From Bdellovibrionales bacterium (lineage in GTDB: Bacteria > Bdellovibrionota > Bdellovibrionia > Bdellovibrionales > JAGQZY01), in contig CAXRHT010000003.1 of assembly GCA_964230645.1 (NCBI GenBank), forward strand, positions 256,001-320,000: 64,000 bases of DNA, given 5' to 3'. Every line of letters begins with the position of its first letter. Position 1 is the stretch's first letter. The notes under the pieces were generated by a model. It was not told the origin of the DNA. It worked only from the letters and a program-made list of their open reading frames with translations, and did no database searches. Positions 50,876-61,152 of the stretch are shown piece after piece. The translations under genes were made by a program, and so were the position numbers.

Positions 50876-50894
50876 GCTAAATATTCGACATGGC

Positions 50895-52040
50895 TTATTC
50901 GAAAAGTATTCCTAAAAATTGTGTGTCTGAAAAATCATCATTATCTTCTTCGGTCTGTCTAAGGATAATCAGATTTTTTGACGGCACCATATACATACGG
51001 TTTTTGCCGGCTCCCATACAGCTGTAAATGTCATTGAGACCATCATGATAAATCATTCCACCTGGTGCATCTTTTGGTGCCGAATCAAAAGGAAAAATTC
51101 CAAAACCTCCATTGGTGTTTAACCAGATAAATAGGCCGTGTCCCGGATTGGTTGATGCTGGTTCCAGTAACTCTTCAAACAAGCGACTGTCTACAAGTTG
51201 TTGTCCTTGCCATTTTCCTTTTTGCAACAAGAACTGTCCCCATTTAATCCAATTCCTTGGCGTGATAAAAGCGCCATTCGGAATATGAGGATTTCCGACA
51301 TCGTCGTGAACCCAGTCACTGTATTCAATGCCAATTGGAATAAAAAACTTTTTATTTAGGTAATCAAGGGGGCCAGTGTATTGGCCCCCTGCCTGTTGTA
51401 AAACTCGTGCCATGATCGCTCCCATAACGTAGAAGTTAACAGGCCCGTAGGAAAAACGGGTGCCTGGGGCTCGGACCAGATTGACATTATTGACGGCGTG
51501 ATAATAGAGATCGGGCGCAGCTGGGTCTGTTCCTTGTAGGTTGTCAATGTCGTTGCTTAAACCAGAGGACAACTGCATAATTTGACGAATTGTAATGTTT
51601 CCCTTAGCTGTTCCCTGCCACTCTTCCAGAATATCTGAGGCTTTTTGATCGAATCCTTCCAATAAACCCTCTTGAATCATTCGAGCCACTACGACTCCCC
51701 AGAAGCCCTTAGTTGCGCTATGCAAATGTGAAGAAGTCTGGAGGTTTGAATCACCATGGTATTCTTCAAAGACAATCTCGCCCTCTTGCATCGCCAATAC
51801 GCCAAGTCCATTGAAGGAAGCTGAATAGGCCGAAGCTTCGGAATAATTGAAAACCTCTTTAGTCGGAGGAATTACATCACCTTCGTCATTTTGAGGGGAA
51901 TTAGTTGGTTCATCCAATAAGGGGCTACGAGATAGGTCACCACAGCCACTTCCAATGATTAAAATCAAAAGCAAGCAACAAGCTCCCAGAAATTGGTGTA
52001 ATATTCTCAAATGGTGAATAATTGACTCTCGAAACATCAT
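50895..52040 (-). CDS. Serine hydrolase, beta-lactamase (class C-like) family lipoprotein
   Basis: HSATK (SxxK), ITIRQIM..SSGL, PGTRFSY, GQFLLQKGKWQGQQLV; GSGC lipobox. Confidence 0.88.
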   Translation of the reverse strand: MMFRESIIHHLRILHQFLGACCLLLILIIGSGCGDLSRSPLLDEPTNSPQNDEGDVIPPTKEVFNYSEASAYSASFNGLGVLAMQEGEIVFEEYHGDSNLQTSSHLHSATKGFWGVVVARMIQEGLLEGFDQKASDILEEWQGTAKGNITIRQIMQLSSGLSNDIDNLQGTDPAAPDLYYHAVNNVNLVRAPGTRFSYGPVNFYVMGAIMARVLQQAGGQYTGPLDYLNKKFFIPIGIEYSDWVHDDVGNPHIPNGAFITPRNWIKWGQFLLQKGKWQGQQLVDSRLFEELLEPASTNPGHGLFIWLNTNGGFGIFPFDSAPKDAPGGMIYHDGLNDIYSCMGAGKNRMYMVPSKNLIILRQTEEDNDDFSDTQFLGILFE

Positions 52041-52239
52041 TTTCCCCTCATTTTATACTTGTCGGTTCATTGAATAGTAAACGGCTGGGTGAGAGGAAAG
52101 TTGCGTTTCAAAATGAGAAAATCGAACTAAAAACCTAAAAATTATTTCATTGCGTGATATCGGTACTTTAGAAGTTTTTAATAAAAGATCAGAGACCTCT
52201 ACATAAAGTATTTTTGCAGCTCCTTTTACCCGCGGACCA

Positions 52240-52286
52240 ATCTTTATTTGTGGCGCAACAAAAATGTATATTCAACTCAGTCGTAA
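52240..52286 (+). repeat. Direct repeat copy 2 (displaced EI24 3' end) just upstream of gshA
   Basis: Identical 47 bp; extended copy still encodes PIFICGATKMYIQLSRKTV-stop. Confidence 0.95.
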
Positions 52287-52303
52287 AACGGTATAAACGG
52301 GCC

Positions 52304-53524
52304 ATGAAAGAAAGAATACACAAAAAAATATTGGCCGAGTCTGACAAACTCCATGAGTGGTACCGTAACCAGCTAACGGGCTATGCCCCTTTTTACGCGA
52401 GCTTTGATATTAGAGACGCTGGTTTTAAGATCTCAAATATCGACGGAAACATCTTTCCAGCCGGATTTAATAATATTTGTCAGATGGATAAAGATTCCTC
52501 ACCGGAACTTATTCAAAAATTCATGAATCACAACTTCCCTGAGGCTAAAAAGATTCTCCTTCTTTCTGAAGATCATTTGAAAAATCAATACTACTGGGAA
52601 AACGTTATCGCCATTCGCAATCTTATCGAAGAAGCCGGCTATGAAATAAAAGTGGGTATGCTCTCGGATGCGGTGGGTGAGAAGGCTATGGTTGAGTCTT
52701 TCTCCGGGAAAACAATAGAGGTGCATCATATAAAATCAAAAGATGGCCAGCTACAAATTCCTGGCTTTGTTCCTGATCTTGTTGTTTCGAACAACGACTT
52801 CTCCAATGAGTATGAAGATGTAGATTTTTCAAATACAGAAATGACTCCTTTAAAAGAATTGGGCTGGTATCAACGTAAAAAACATCAGTATTTTAGTAAT
52901 TATAATCAATTAGTGAATCAATTCGCCGAAATGATTGATGAGGATCCTTGGTTATTCGGAGTACAGACTAAGCACTTTAAAGCTTTTGATGTGGCCGATG
53001 AAAGCAGTCGTGATGAGCTTGGGAAAGTGGTCGAGGAAATTATCGCCTCTACAAAACAAAAGTACGAGGACCACAAAATAGATGAAACGCCCTATGCTTT
53101 TGTTAAAAACAATTCCGGAACCTATGGACTCGGAGTTCTCACAGCCGAGTCAGGAGATGATGTTCGTAGCTGGAATTATAAATCAAAAAAGAAAATGAAG
53201 GCTGCTAAAGGTGGCGGTGGAATTTCTGAAGTGATTGTGCAAGAGGGTGTGCCCAGTGTCCTTTCCGAAGATGGAGCTACAGCCGAACCTGTCCTTTATA
53301 TGCTTGGCTGTGAGCTGGCTGGAGGATTTCTTCGCACACATAACAAAAAAGACAATCATCAGAGTCTTAATAGCCCTGGAGCTGTTTATAAAAAACTTTG
53401 TTTGAGTGATTTAAAAATCAGTGCTGAAGGAGCCATGCTAGAAAATGTTTATGGCTGGATTGCAAAACTGGGCTTTTTAGCAATTAGTAAAGAGGCGACT
53501 GATCTAAAAGAGCAGTTGTCTTGA
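52304..53524 (+). CDS. gshA: Glutamate--cysteine ligase (divergent GshA family)
   Basis: PFYASFDIRDAGFK, NIFPAGFNN, VKNNSGTYGLG, VIVQEGV, AEPVLY, GGFLRTH, SLNSPG. Confidence 0.85.
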   Translation: MKERIHKKILAESDKLHEWYRNQLTGYAPFYASFDIRDAGFKISNIDGNIFPAGFNNICQMDKDSSPELIQKFMNHNFPEAKKILLLSEDHLKNQYYWENVIAIRNLIEEAGYEIKVGMLSDAVGEKAMVESFSGKTIEVHHIKSKDGQLQIPGFVPDLVVSNNDFSNEYEDVDFSNTEMTPLKELGWYQRKKHQYFSNYNQLVNQFAEMIDEDPWLFGVQTKHFKAFDVADESSRDELGKVVEEIIASTKQKYEDHKIDETPYAFVKNNSGTYGLGVLTAESGDDVRSWNYKSKKKMKAAKGGGGISEVIVQEGVPSVLSEDGATAEPVLYMLGCELAGGFLRTHNKKDNHQSLNSPGAVYKKLCLSDLKISAEGAMLENVYGWIAKLGFLAISKEATDLKEQLS

Positions 53525-53767
53525 GTGAATATATGTCGTGTTGAACGAATATTTGTCATCTTGAGGAAAAACATATCGTCTTGAGGGAAAACATGTCGTC
53601 TTGAGCGAAGCGAAAGATCTAAGATCCTTCGCTGCGCTCAGGATGACTATTGGTATTGCTCAGGATGACTATTGGTGATGCTCAGGATGACTATTGGTGA
53701 TGCTCAGGGCGTCTATCAGCAATGCTCAGGATGACTTTGGGCAATGCTCGGGAGTGCAATGGGCAAT
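53515..53767 (+). repeat. REP-like palindromic element, copy 3 (core 53595-53647) with about 4 x 20-nt and 6 x 22-nt tandem arrays
   Basis: TTGA..A.ATGTCGTC units at 20-nt period from 53521; GCTCAGGATGACTATTGGTGAT units from 53636. Confidence 0.92.
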
Positions 53768-53978
53768 CTCCCGCCTAGCAGTCATTGAGTTCAATAAATC
53801 TTTCCTAATTTCAAAGACATTGATTAAAAACCAAGCTTTACCTGTTCGAAGAAGAATGACTTTAAAATCTTAAAAGACAAAAGATCGAACCTTATATTAA
53901 ATTTAATTTCTTTTAAACACCTTCCCCAATGGTCCAGCCTGCGTAGACAGCTCTTCCTATATGGGCGATTATTTCTAT

Positions 53979-54512
53979 ATGAAGTACATCTTGAGTTTTC
54001 TCCTTTTATTCCCAAGTTTTAGCTTTGCTAAAACTATTTTTGAACCCGCTCTTGGCCTCACTACCGGAGCTTTCAAGGGAGAAATTCCTGCCAACACCAT
54101 TACTCCTGCTGGAGAAACGGTGAGTGTAAATTACACCAGTCTCGCTTTTGGAGCCCGTTACGGGATCACCCGTCGCTATATTCATGTTACCGGTGTGGTC
54201 GAAGGCCATCTTATCAATATGGGAAGTGATGCCACCGATGGGAGTACGGATCTTCAGATGAACTACGGAGTGGGGATCGGTTACGAGTGGAACATTCCTC
54301 TAAGAACCTACCTCACAGTGGGTTTACCTTTTTCGAGTGTCGAGGTTTCCTATTATTTTAGTGAAACCTTTTTAGTGGGTTTGCGCTACAACCGCTTGAA
54401 GATGGAATTTGGTGGGGTTAATCTTAACGTAAACACTTTTGGAGTGGCCGTGAACTTCCCAATTGAGTTTGACTATCCCAACCATTGGTGGCGCAAAACC
54501 GATTGGGAATAA
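53979..54512 (+). CDS. Secreted protein, probable small beta-barrel
   Basis: MKYIL..SFA signal peptide, amphipathic strands (YGVGIGYEW, VGLRYN). Confidence 0.65.
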   Translation: MKYILSFLLLFPSFSFAKTIFEPALGLTTGAFKGEIPANTITPAGETVSVNYTSLAFGARYGITRRYIHVTGVVEGHLINMGSDATDGSTDLQMNYGVGIGYEWNIPLRTYLTVGLPFSSVEVSYYFSETFLVGLRYNRLKMEFGGVNLNVNTFGVAVNFPIEFDYPNHWWRKTDWE

Positions 54513-54514
54513 AC

Positions 54515-54943
54515 TTAAATCACAATTCCGGCCGTCGCTCTTAGCATGATCAGAATCCAAAGGCCTGCCACCATAAAGACTCCTGAGAAGTAAGAGCCTG
54601 CTCGTAGCATAAGTTTATTACTGGTAATATGCACATAGCTGTGGAACATTCTTGAAATCACAAATAGACAGGCTAGTAGAAAGAAAATTGTACTTACTGT
54701 ATTAAATTGAATTCCGGCCAGACAGGTGATCATAAAAATCACGGGAAGCTGAAATTGGTTGTTAAAGTTATTTTCGATGACCTTAAGGTCATTAGGCACT
54801 TCGCCGTCGTAGGTTTTAAAATAGCGAAAGTCGACTCGGCCCTGCTGAACACCCTTGGTGCGTGAGAGGAACATAAAAAGTCCCAAGCCCACGATAAAAA
54901 AGTAATAAAACCCAACCAAGACGATTAAGTAGGGCGCGAGCAT
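54515..54943 (-). CDS. MAPEG family membrane protein
   Basis: NNFNNQFQLPVIF, FVISRMFHSYVH, R.GSY motifs. Confidence 0.88.
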   Translation of the reverse strand: MLAPYLIVLVGFYYFFIVGLGLFMFLSRTKGVQQGRVDFRYFKTYDGEVPNDLKVIENNFNNQFQLPVIFMITCLAGIQFNTVSTIFFLLACLFVISRMFHSYVHITSNKLMLRAGSYFSGVFMVAGLWILIMLRATAGIVI

Positions 54944-56415
54944 TACTTATGATCCCGCGCCATTTGCACGAATGTGCGCACCATAACTCCACTCGCTCCT
55001 TTACCAGGAGCGTAGGAAAGTCTGTGTCCTACGTGCCAGGCTGTTCCGGCGATATCAAAGTGAGCCCAAGGAATTTCTTTTTCAACAAAGTTCTCAAGGA
55101 AAGCGGCGGCGGTTGCACTTCCGGCGTTTCGCGAAGGTGCGGTGTTGGTAAGATCCGCGTAGGTTCCCTTCATGTCATTGCTGTGGTGTTCACAGAGGGG
55201 CATGGGCCAAACTTCCTCACCGGATTTCTTTGCTGCTTTTTCAATCTTGCTTGTCATCTTATTGTCACGAGCAAAAAATCCCGTGTGAGTGTTACCAAGG
55301 GCAATCATCATAGAGCCTGTGAGTGTGGCGGTATCGACAATCCAAGCCGGCTTTTTCTCAGAGGCGTAGGAGAGAGCATCCGCAAGAATCAAGCGACCCT
55401 CGGCATCGGTGTTGTTGATTTCAATACTTTTGCCGTTGCGAGCTTTTCTAATGTCACCTGGTTTGTTGGCTGATGGGCCGGGCATATTCTCACTGGCAGG
55501 GACATAAGCGATCACATTCACTTTTAGTTTAAGTTTCGCTATCGTTGCCATTGTACCAATGACGGCACTTCCACCACACATATCGTATTTCATTTCTTCC
55601 ATACCGGCAGAAGGTTTGATGGAAATTCCACCAGCATCAAAAGTTAAACCTTTTCCAACAAAGCACACAGGCTTTTGTGAGGCTGGGCCTCCTTTGTACT
55701 CCATGATGATGAAACGAGGCTCTTGGTCACTTCCATTGGATACACCGATGAGGGAATCCATATTTTCTTTGGCAATTTTTGCTTTGTCCCAAGCGGTGAC
55801 CTTCATCTTGGTCCCCTTGGCGGCATTTTTAGCTTCCTCTGCCAACTGGGTGGGGGTCATAAAGTTACCGGGGCAGTCACCGAGCCAACGAGTGAAATTT
55901 ACACCCTCTCCCATGATGACTCCTTCTTCCAGAGCCTTTTTCATAGAGGCGTTGTTACTTTTGGAAAGGAAATCAATGATAAGCTCTGGAGCTTCTTTTT
56001 CAGGTTTTTTCTTGAACGTATCAAAAGTGTAAGAACTCATTAAAAAGCCCTCAACCATGGCTTGCAGAGCTTCGGCTTTGTCGCGATGTCCGAGGTCATC
56101 CACAGAAACGGTGATACCAATAAGTCTTTCAGACTTTAATTTTTTGTAAATGTTGCCTGCAAGTCCGCGAATATCTTCGGCGGATTGTTTGCCACTATCA
56201 AGAGCGACACAAAGTACATGGCCTTCTTTTCTGCGATAAAAAACCATTTCTCCGGATTTCGCATTCAAGCTCTCTTCATCGAGTTGCATCTGAAGATCTT
56301 CTTTTATTTCAGCAGCGAGGTCTTTAGAGCTCGTTATCTTTCTGCTGGAACCTTTTACGGAGTAGAAAAAAATCTGGTTAACACTGACATCTTTGTTATT
56401 TAATGTGAATTTCAT
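54943..56415 (-). CDS. pepA: Leucyl aminopeptidase (M17)
   Basis: VGKGLTFDAGGISIK, MKYDMCG, NTDAEGRL, WAHFDIAG. Confidence 0.96.
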   Translation of the reverse strand: MKFTLNNKDVSVNQIFFYSVKGSSRKITSSKDLAAEIKEDLQMQLDEESLNAKSGEMVFYRRKEGHVLCVALDSGKQSAEDIRGLAGNIYKKLKSERLIGITVSVDDLGHRDKAEALQAMVEGFLMSSYTFDTFKKKPEKEAPELIIDFLSKSNNASMKKALEEGVIMGEGVNFTRWLGDCPGNFMTPTQLAEEAKNAAKGTKMKVTAWDKAKIAKENMDSLIGVSNGSDQEPRFIIMEYKGGPASQKPVCFVGKGLTFDAGGISIKPSAGMEEMKYDMCGGSAVIGTMATIAKLKLKVNVIAYVPASENMPGPSANKPGDIRKARNGKSIEINNTDAEGRLILADALSYASEKKPAWIVDTATLTGSMMIALGNTHTGFFARDNKMTSKIEKAAKKSGEEVWPMPLCEHHSNDMKGTYADLTNTAPSRNAGSATAAAFLENFVEKEIPWAHFDIAGTAWHVGHRLSYAPGKGASGVMVRTFVQMARDHK

Positions 56416-56576
56416 CGTTACCTCTTACAACTTAAGTCTAGGAAATATGGCATGCCATTATCTTAGACTAAAGTCGTGACATCAATAATTATAGTGCGCG
56501 TTAAGGGCGATAGAGGCCTATATTGAAACCAGGCCTTTCAGTCTATTAAGTCCCAAGAGAAAATCCCCGATCAGAC

Positions 56577-56604
56577 CTTGTCAAATCATGAAAGAGGTCC
56601 ATAT
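56577..56604 (+). promoter_or_regulatory. Possible RpoH-like promoter for clpP-clpX-lon
   Basis: CTTGTC-N14-GTCCATAT resembles CTTGAA-N13/14-CCCCATNT. Confidence 0.3.
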
Positions 56605-56634
56605 TAACAGGTAGGATCTTTCCAAAGGAGCGTC

Positions 56635-57255
56635 ATGAGCAATTTAGTACCCGTGGTTATCGAACAGACCCCAAGAGGAGAAAGAAGTTACGATATTTAT
56701 TCCCGTCTCCTCAAAGACAGAATTATTCTTATAGGGACACCTATCAATTCGGCGGTTGCTAATAATGTGATTGCTCAAATGCTTTTCCTGGAAGCGGATA
56801 ATCCTGATAAAGATATCCAGCTCTACATCAACTCTCCTGGAGGGAGTGTTCACGATGGACTGGGCATCTATGACATAATGCAGTTTGTAAAATGTGACGT
56901 AGCCACCACCTGTATTGGTATGGCTGCCAGCATGGGATCACTGCTCCTGACCGCTGGTACAAAAGGAAAACGTTACATTCTACCCAATGCCCAGGTCATG
57001 ATTCACCAACCACTGATCAGTGGCGGTCTTTCAGGCCAGGCCAGTGACATTGAGATTCACGCCAAAAATCTCATTGAAACCAAAGAGAGACTCACACGAA
57101 TCTATGAGCATCATACCGGACAGAAATTTGAAACTTTGGACAAAGCTATGGATCGTGACAATTACATGAGTGCGAGCAAAGCCAAAGAATTTGGGCTAGT
57201 GGATAAAGTTGTTGAGTTCAGAAAAGAAAGTGAAAAAAGCCAAAAAGGATCATAA
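56635..57255 (+). CDS. clpP: ClpP protease subunit
   Basis: [32 protein letters not shown]. Confidence 0.98.
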   Translation: MSNLVPVVIEQTPRGERSYDIYSRLLKDRIILIGTPINSAVANNVIAQMLFLEADNPDKDIQLYINSPGGSVHDGLGIYDIMQFVKCDVATTCIGMAASMGSLLLTAGTKGKRYILPNAQVMIHQPLISGGLSGQASDIEIHAKNLIETKERLTRIYEHHTGQKFETLDKAMDRDNYMSASKAKEFGLVDKVVEFRKESEKSQKGS

Positions 57256-58557
57256 ATGAGTCGAAGAGAAGGATCATCGAGTTTATTGCGTTGTAGTTTT
57301 TGTGGAAAAAGTCAGAATGAGGTGAAAAAGCTCATTGCTGGTCCTGGTGTGTATATTTGTGATGAGTGTATTGACCTGTGTACCGACATTATTGAAGAGG
57401 AAAAAGAGCGCGAGGAAAGCTCCACTACCCAATTCAAAGTGCCAAAGCCTGTGGAAATCAAAGATCACTTGGACGCTTACGTCATCGGGCAAGATTCCGC
57501 TAAGAAATCCTTGTCTGTGGCCGTTCACAACCATTACAAGAGAATCAACTCGGCTAAGAAAAAAGACGACGTTGAAATCTCTAAAAGTAATATCCTTCTT
57601 ATTGGACCCACCGGTTCAGGAAAAACCTATTTGGCTCAAACCATTGCTAAAATATTAAACGTTCCTTTTGCGATGGCGGATGCTACAGCTCTTACGGAAG
57701 CCGGTTATGTCGGAGAAGACGTTGAAAACGTTATTTTAAATCTTTTACAGGCCGCTGATTACGACGTGGAAAAATGCCAACGTGGTGTCATCTATGTCGA
57801 TGAAATTGATAAAATCACTAGAAAGTCTGAGAATCCTTCCATCACTCGCGACGTAAGCGGTGAAGGGGTTCAGCAAGCTCTTTTAAAAATCTTAGAGGGA
57901 ACAGTCGCAAATCTGCCTCCCAAGGGTGGAAGAAAGCATCCTCAACAAGAGTTCATCCAAGTGGATACTTCCAATATCCTCTTTATCTGTGGGGGAGCCT
58001 TTGTGGGACTAGAAAAGCTGGTTGAAAACAGACTTTCAAATAAATCTCTTGGAATCACTGCGGAAATTAAGAGCAGTAAAGAAAAAGAAAATGAAGGTCA
58101 CACAAGTCTTAAAAAGCTTCAGCCTGAGGATCTTTCTCGCTTTGGTCTAATTCCAGAGTTTATAGGTCGTTTACCGGTTATATCCGTTCTCGATCAGCTT
58201 GAAGAAGACGCATTAGTAGAAATTCTGGTCAAGCCAAAAAATGCTTTGATCAAGCAGTACAAGAAGTTGTTTTCTTTTGAGAATGTTGAATTAACGTTCA
58301 CAGACGAGGCTCTGGTGGAGATTGCCAAGCAAGCCCTAGACCGAAAGACAGGGGCTCGTGGATTAAGAGGGGTCATTGAAAGTGCGATGCTAGACATCAT
58401 GTACGAAATCCCTTCCAAGCAGAACGTCAAAGAATGTATAATTGATGATAAGGTGATCCGCGGTGAAGCGGAGCCGAAATTGATCTTCGGGACACCATCA
58501 TCTCAGTCGTCGGATTCCAAGAAGGAAAAAGGCACTGGGTCTGCTGAAAGCGCCTAA
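57256..58557 (+). CDS. clpX: ClpX ATPase
   Basis: CSFCGK zinc domain, [24 protein letters not shown]. Confidence 0.98.
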   Translation: MSRREGSSSLLRCSFCGKSQNEVKKLIAGPGVYICDECIDLCTDIIEEEKEREESSTTQFKVPKPVEIKDHLDAYVIGQDSAKKSLSVAVHNHYKRINSAKKKDDVEISKSNILLIGPTGSGKTYLAQTIAKILNVPFAMADATALTEAGYVGEDVENVILNLLQAADYDVEKCQRGVIYVDEIDKITRKSENPSITRDVSGEGVQQALLKILEGTVANLPPKGGRKHPQQEFIQVDTSNILFICGGAFVGLEKLVENRLSNKSLGITAEIKSSKEKENEGHTSLKKLQPEDLSRFGLIPEFIGRLPVISVLDQLEEDALVEILVKPKNALIKQYKKLFSFENVELTFTDEALVEIAKQALDRKTGARGLRGVIESAMLDIMYEIPSKQNVKECIIDDKVIRGEAEPKLIFGTPSSQSSDSKKEKGTGSAESA

Positions 58558-58597
58558 ATGACGGTCTCGTTGGTCAAATCCAGAAGGAGGAGACCTT

Positions 58598-61078
58598 ATG
58601 AGCGAAGAAAACGCAAACCCATCTGAACTTCCATTACTTCCTTTGAGGGATTTGATCATTTTTCCCCATATGATGATGCCCTTGTTTGTTGGTCGGGAAA
58701 AGAGCATAAACGCTCTAGAAGAGGCCATGACAAAGCAAACGGACATCGTCCTTGTGGCGCAGAAGGATGCAAAAACCAACACGCCCACAGTCGAAGATAT
58801 TTATAAAATCGGAACTGTCGGCTCAATCATTCAGCTTCTTCGTCTTCCCGATGGAACCGTGAAAGTGTTGATTGAAGGTAAAAGGCGTGTTGAAGTCAAA
58901 AAATTCCTGGAAGAAGAGCCTTTTTATAAAGTTCAAATTGATTATTTAGAAGAGGACACTGTAGACGACCTTGAAGCTCAAGCTTTGATTCGCTCAGTGA
59001 AAACCACTTTTGAAAAGTATGTGAAGCTGAATAAGCGCATTCCCCCGGAAATTTTGATGCGAGTTTCAAGCATTGATTCTGCCGGAGAGCTTGCCGACAT
59101 CATTGTGGCGCAACTCAATCTAAAAATTGAAGACAAGCAGCGTCTTCTTGAGGTCGTCAATCCTGTAGAGCGCTTGGAAGAGTTGCTCAACCTTATGACT
59201 GGTGAGATCGAAATTCTTGAGGTGGAAAAGAAAATTCGCTCAAGAGTGAAGCGTCAGATGGAAAAGTCACAAAAAGAGTACTATTTGAATGAGCAGATGC
59301 AGGCCATTCAAAAAGAGCTCGGTGATAAGGACGACTACCAAAATGAATTGATGGAGCTCGAGGAAAAAGCGCGCAAAAAGAATATGACCAAAGAAGCGCG
59401 TGAGAGAGTTCAAAAAGAAATTAAAAAACTAAAGATGATGTCTCCCATGAGTGCTGAAGCCGCAGTGGTGAGAAACTACATCGATTGGATGTTGTCTCTT
59501 CCTTGGGCCAAGTACGGTGATGAGAGAAAAGATCTCGAATACGCCGAGCAGGTACTCAATGATGATCACTGGGGTCTTGAAAAAGTAAAAGAAAGAATTT
59601 TAGAGCATATTGCCGTTCGTTGTTTGAGTGATGACATGAATGGACCGATTCTTTGTCTTGTAGGGCCTCCTGGTGTGGGGAAAACCTCTCTGGCTAAGTC
59701 GGTAGCGAAATCTTTAAACCGTCAATTTGCCCGTATCTCACTGGGTGGGGTGCGAGATGAAGCTGAAATTCGTGGTCACCGTAGAACCTACGTTGGAGCC
59801 ATGCCCGGTAAGGTTCTTCAGGCCCTACGAAAAGTAGAAGACGGAAACCCACTCTTACTTCTTGATGAGATCGACAAAATGTCCAACGACTTTAAAGGAG
59901 ATCCGAGTGCGGCCATGCTTGAGGTTTTAGACCCTGAGCAAAACGCCACTTTCCAGGATCACTATTTAGAAGTCGAATATGATCTTTCTAAAATAATGTT
60001 CTTCACAACAGCTAACTCCCTTCACACAATCCCAAGACCTCTTTTGGATCGTATGGAAGTCATTTCGCTGGAAGGATATATTGAAAGTGAGAAGTTTAAT
60101 ATTGCTAAGAAGTACTTGGTTCCAAAGCAGCTCAAGCGCCACGGACTTAAAGACTATAACGTCAATATTAACGATGCTGCCATTCGTGAAATTACTCGTT
60201 ATTACACCAAAGAGGCTGGAGTTCGTAACTTAGAACGTCAAATCGCCAATGTTTGTCGAAAAGTGGCCAAGGAAATCATCCGAGCCAATGAAATTGCTAA
60301 ACATAAAGAGGCGGATAAATCGACGAAGAAAACCAAGCGCACCAAAGTGAAGAGTCAACCTCGTAAGAAAGCCATTAATGTTAACGCCAAAAAAGTGGTG
60401 GAGCTACTTGGCCCTCATAAATTTAAACACGGTAAGATCGAAACGGATCATGAAATCGGTTTAACAAACGGTATGGCTTACACAGAAGTGGGCGGAGATC
60501 TACTTGCAGTGGAAGCGGCCGTAATTCCAGGGCGTGGGAAATTTACCATTACTGGTCAATTGGGTGATGTGATGAAAGAGTCTTGTACAGCAGCACTCAG
60601 TTATGTGCGCTCAAGAGGACCCCTCTTCGGTCTTGATAAAGATTTCTTTTTCAATATCGACACACACATTCACGTGCCAGAAGGGGCGACTCCTAAAGAT
60701 GGTCCTTCAGCAGGGTGTGCGATTACCACCAGTATCGTTTCGGCGGTGACAAAAATTCCGGTGAAAAAGACAGTGGCCATGACAGGAGAGATTACCCTAA
60801 GAGGCCGTGTTCTTCCCATCGGTGGACTAAAAGAGAAAGTTCTCGCCGCTCACCGTGGTGGGATCAAAACCATTATAGCACCAAAGGATAACGAGAAAGA
60901 TTTTAAAGATATTCCTGAGGAAGTTTTAAAAGAACTTACCATTGTATTAGTGGACCATGTGGACCAGGTACTGATTCATGCTTTGGATATCAAAAATGCC
61001 AAAGAGCTTTTCAAAGCAAGAAGAGATACTGGTCTTGGGCTGAAAGCTAAGTATACTGGACATTCTTTGTATCATTGA
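58598..61078 (+). CDS. lon: Lon protease
   Basis: [29 protein letters not shown]. Confidence 0.98.
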   Translation: MSEENANPSELPLLPLRDLIIFPHMMMPLFVGREKSINALEEAMTKQTDIVLVAQKDAKTNTPTVEDIYKIGTVGSIIQLLRLPDGTVKVLIEGKRRVEVKKFLEEEPFYKVQIDYLEEDTVDDLEAQALIRSVKTTFEKYVKLNKRIPPEILMRVSSIDSAGELADIIVAQLNLKIEDKQRLLEVVNPVERLEELLNLMTGEIEILEVEKKIRSRVKRQMEKSQKEYYLNEQMQAIQKELGDKDDYQNELMELEEKARKKNMTKEARERVQKEIKKLKMMSPMSAEAAVVRNYIDWMLSLPWAKYGDERKDLEYAEQVLNDDHWGLEKVKERILEHIAVRCLSDDMNGPILCLVGPPGVGKTSLAKSVAKSLNRQFARISLGGVRDEAEIRGHRRTYVGAMPGKVLQALRKVEDGNPLLLLDEIDKMSNDFKGDPSAAMLEVLDPEQNATFQDHYLEVEYDLSKIMFFTTANSLHTIPRPLLDRMEVISLEGYIESEKFNIAKKYLVPKQLKRHGLKDYNVNINDAAIREITRYYTKEAGVRNLERQIANVCRKVAKEIIRANEIAKHKEADKSTKKTKRTKVKSQPRKKAINVNAKKVVELLGPHKFKHGKIETDHEIGLTNGMAYTEVGGDLLAVEAAVIPGRGKFTITGQLGDVMKESCTAALSYVRSRGPLFGLDKDFFFNIDTHIHVPEGATPKDGPSAGCAITTSIVSAVTKIPVKKTVAMTGEITLRGRVLPIGGLKEKVLAAHRGGIKTIIAPKDNEKDFKDIPEEVLKELTIVLVDHVDQVLIHALDIKNAKELFKARRDTGLGLKAKYTGHSLYH

Positions 61079-61103
61079 GAAATATCAATGAAATTCAAAA
61101 GAG

Positions 61104-61135
61104 AAACGACGCCTTAAAGGGCGTCGTTTTTTTTT
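61104..61135 (+). terminator. Intrinsic terminator after lon
   Basis: AAACGACGCC-ttaaag-GGCGTCGTTTTTTTTT. Confidence 0.85.
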
Positions 61136-61152
61136 GTAGTAGGGGCTGAAAG

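Noticed and set aside
50895..52040. Bona fide antibiotic-resistance beta-lactamase
   Set aside because: SxxK is present but the other motifs (YGP, CMG) differ from AmpC YxN/KTG; more likely an esterase/amidase
52214..52303. N-terminal extension of GshA in the ORF track
   Set aside because: Open frame running through the duplicated EI24 3' end; ATG 52304 is the likelier start
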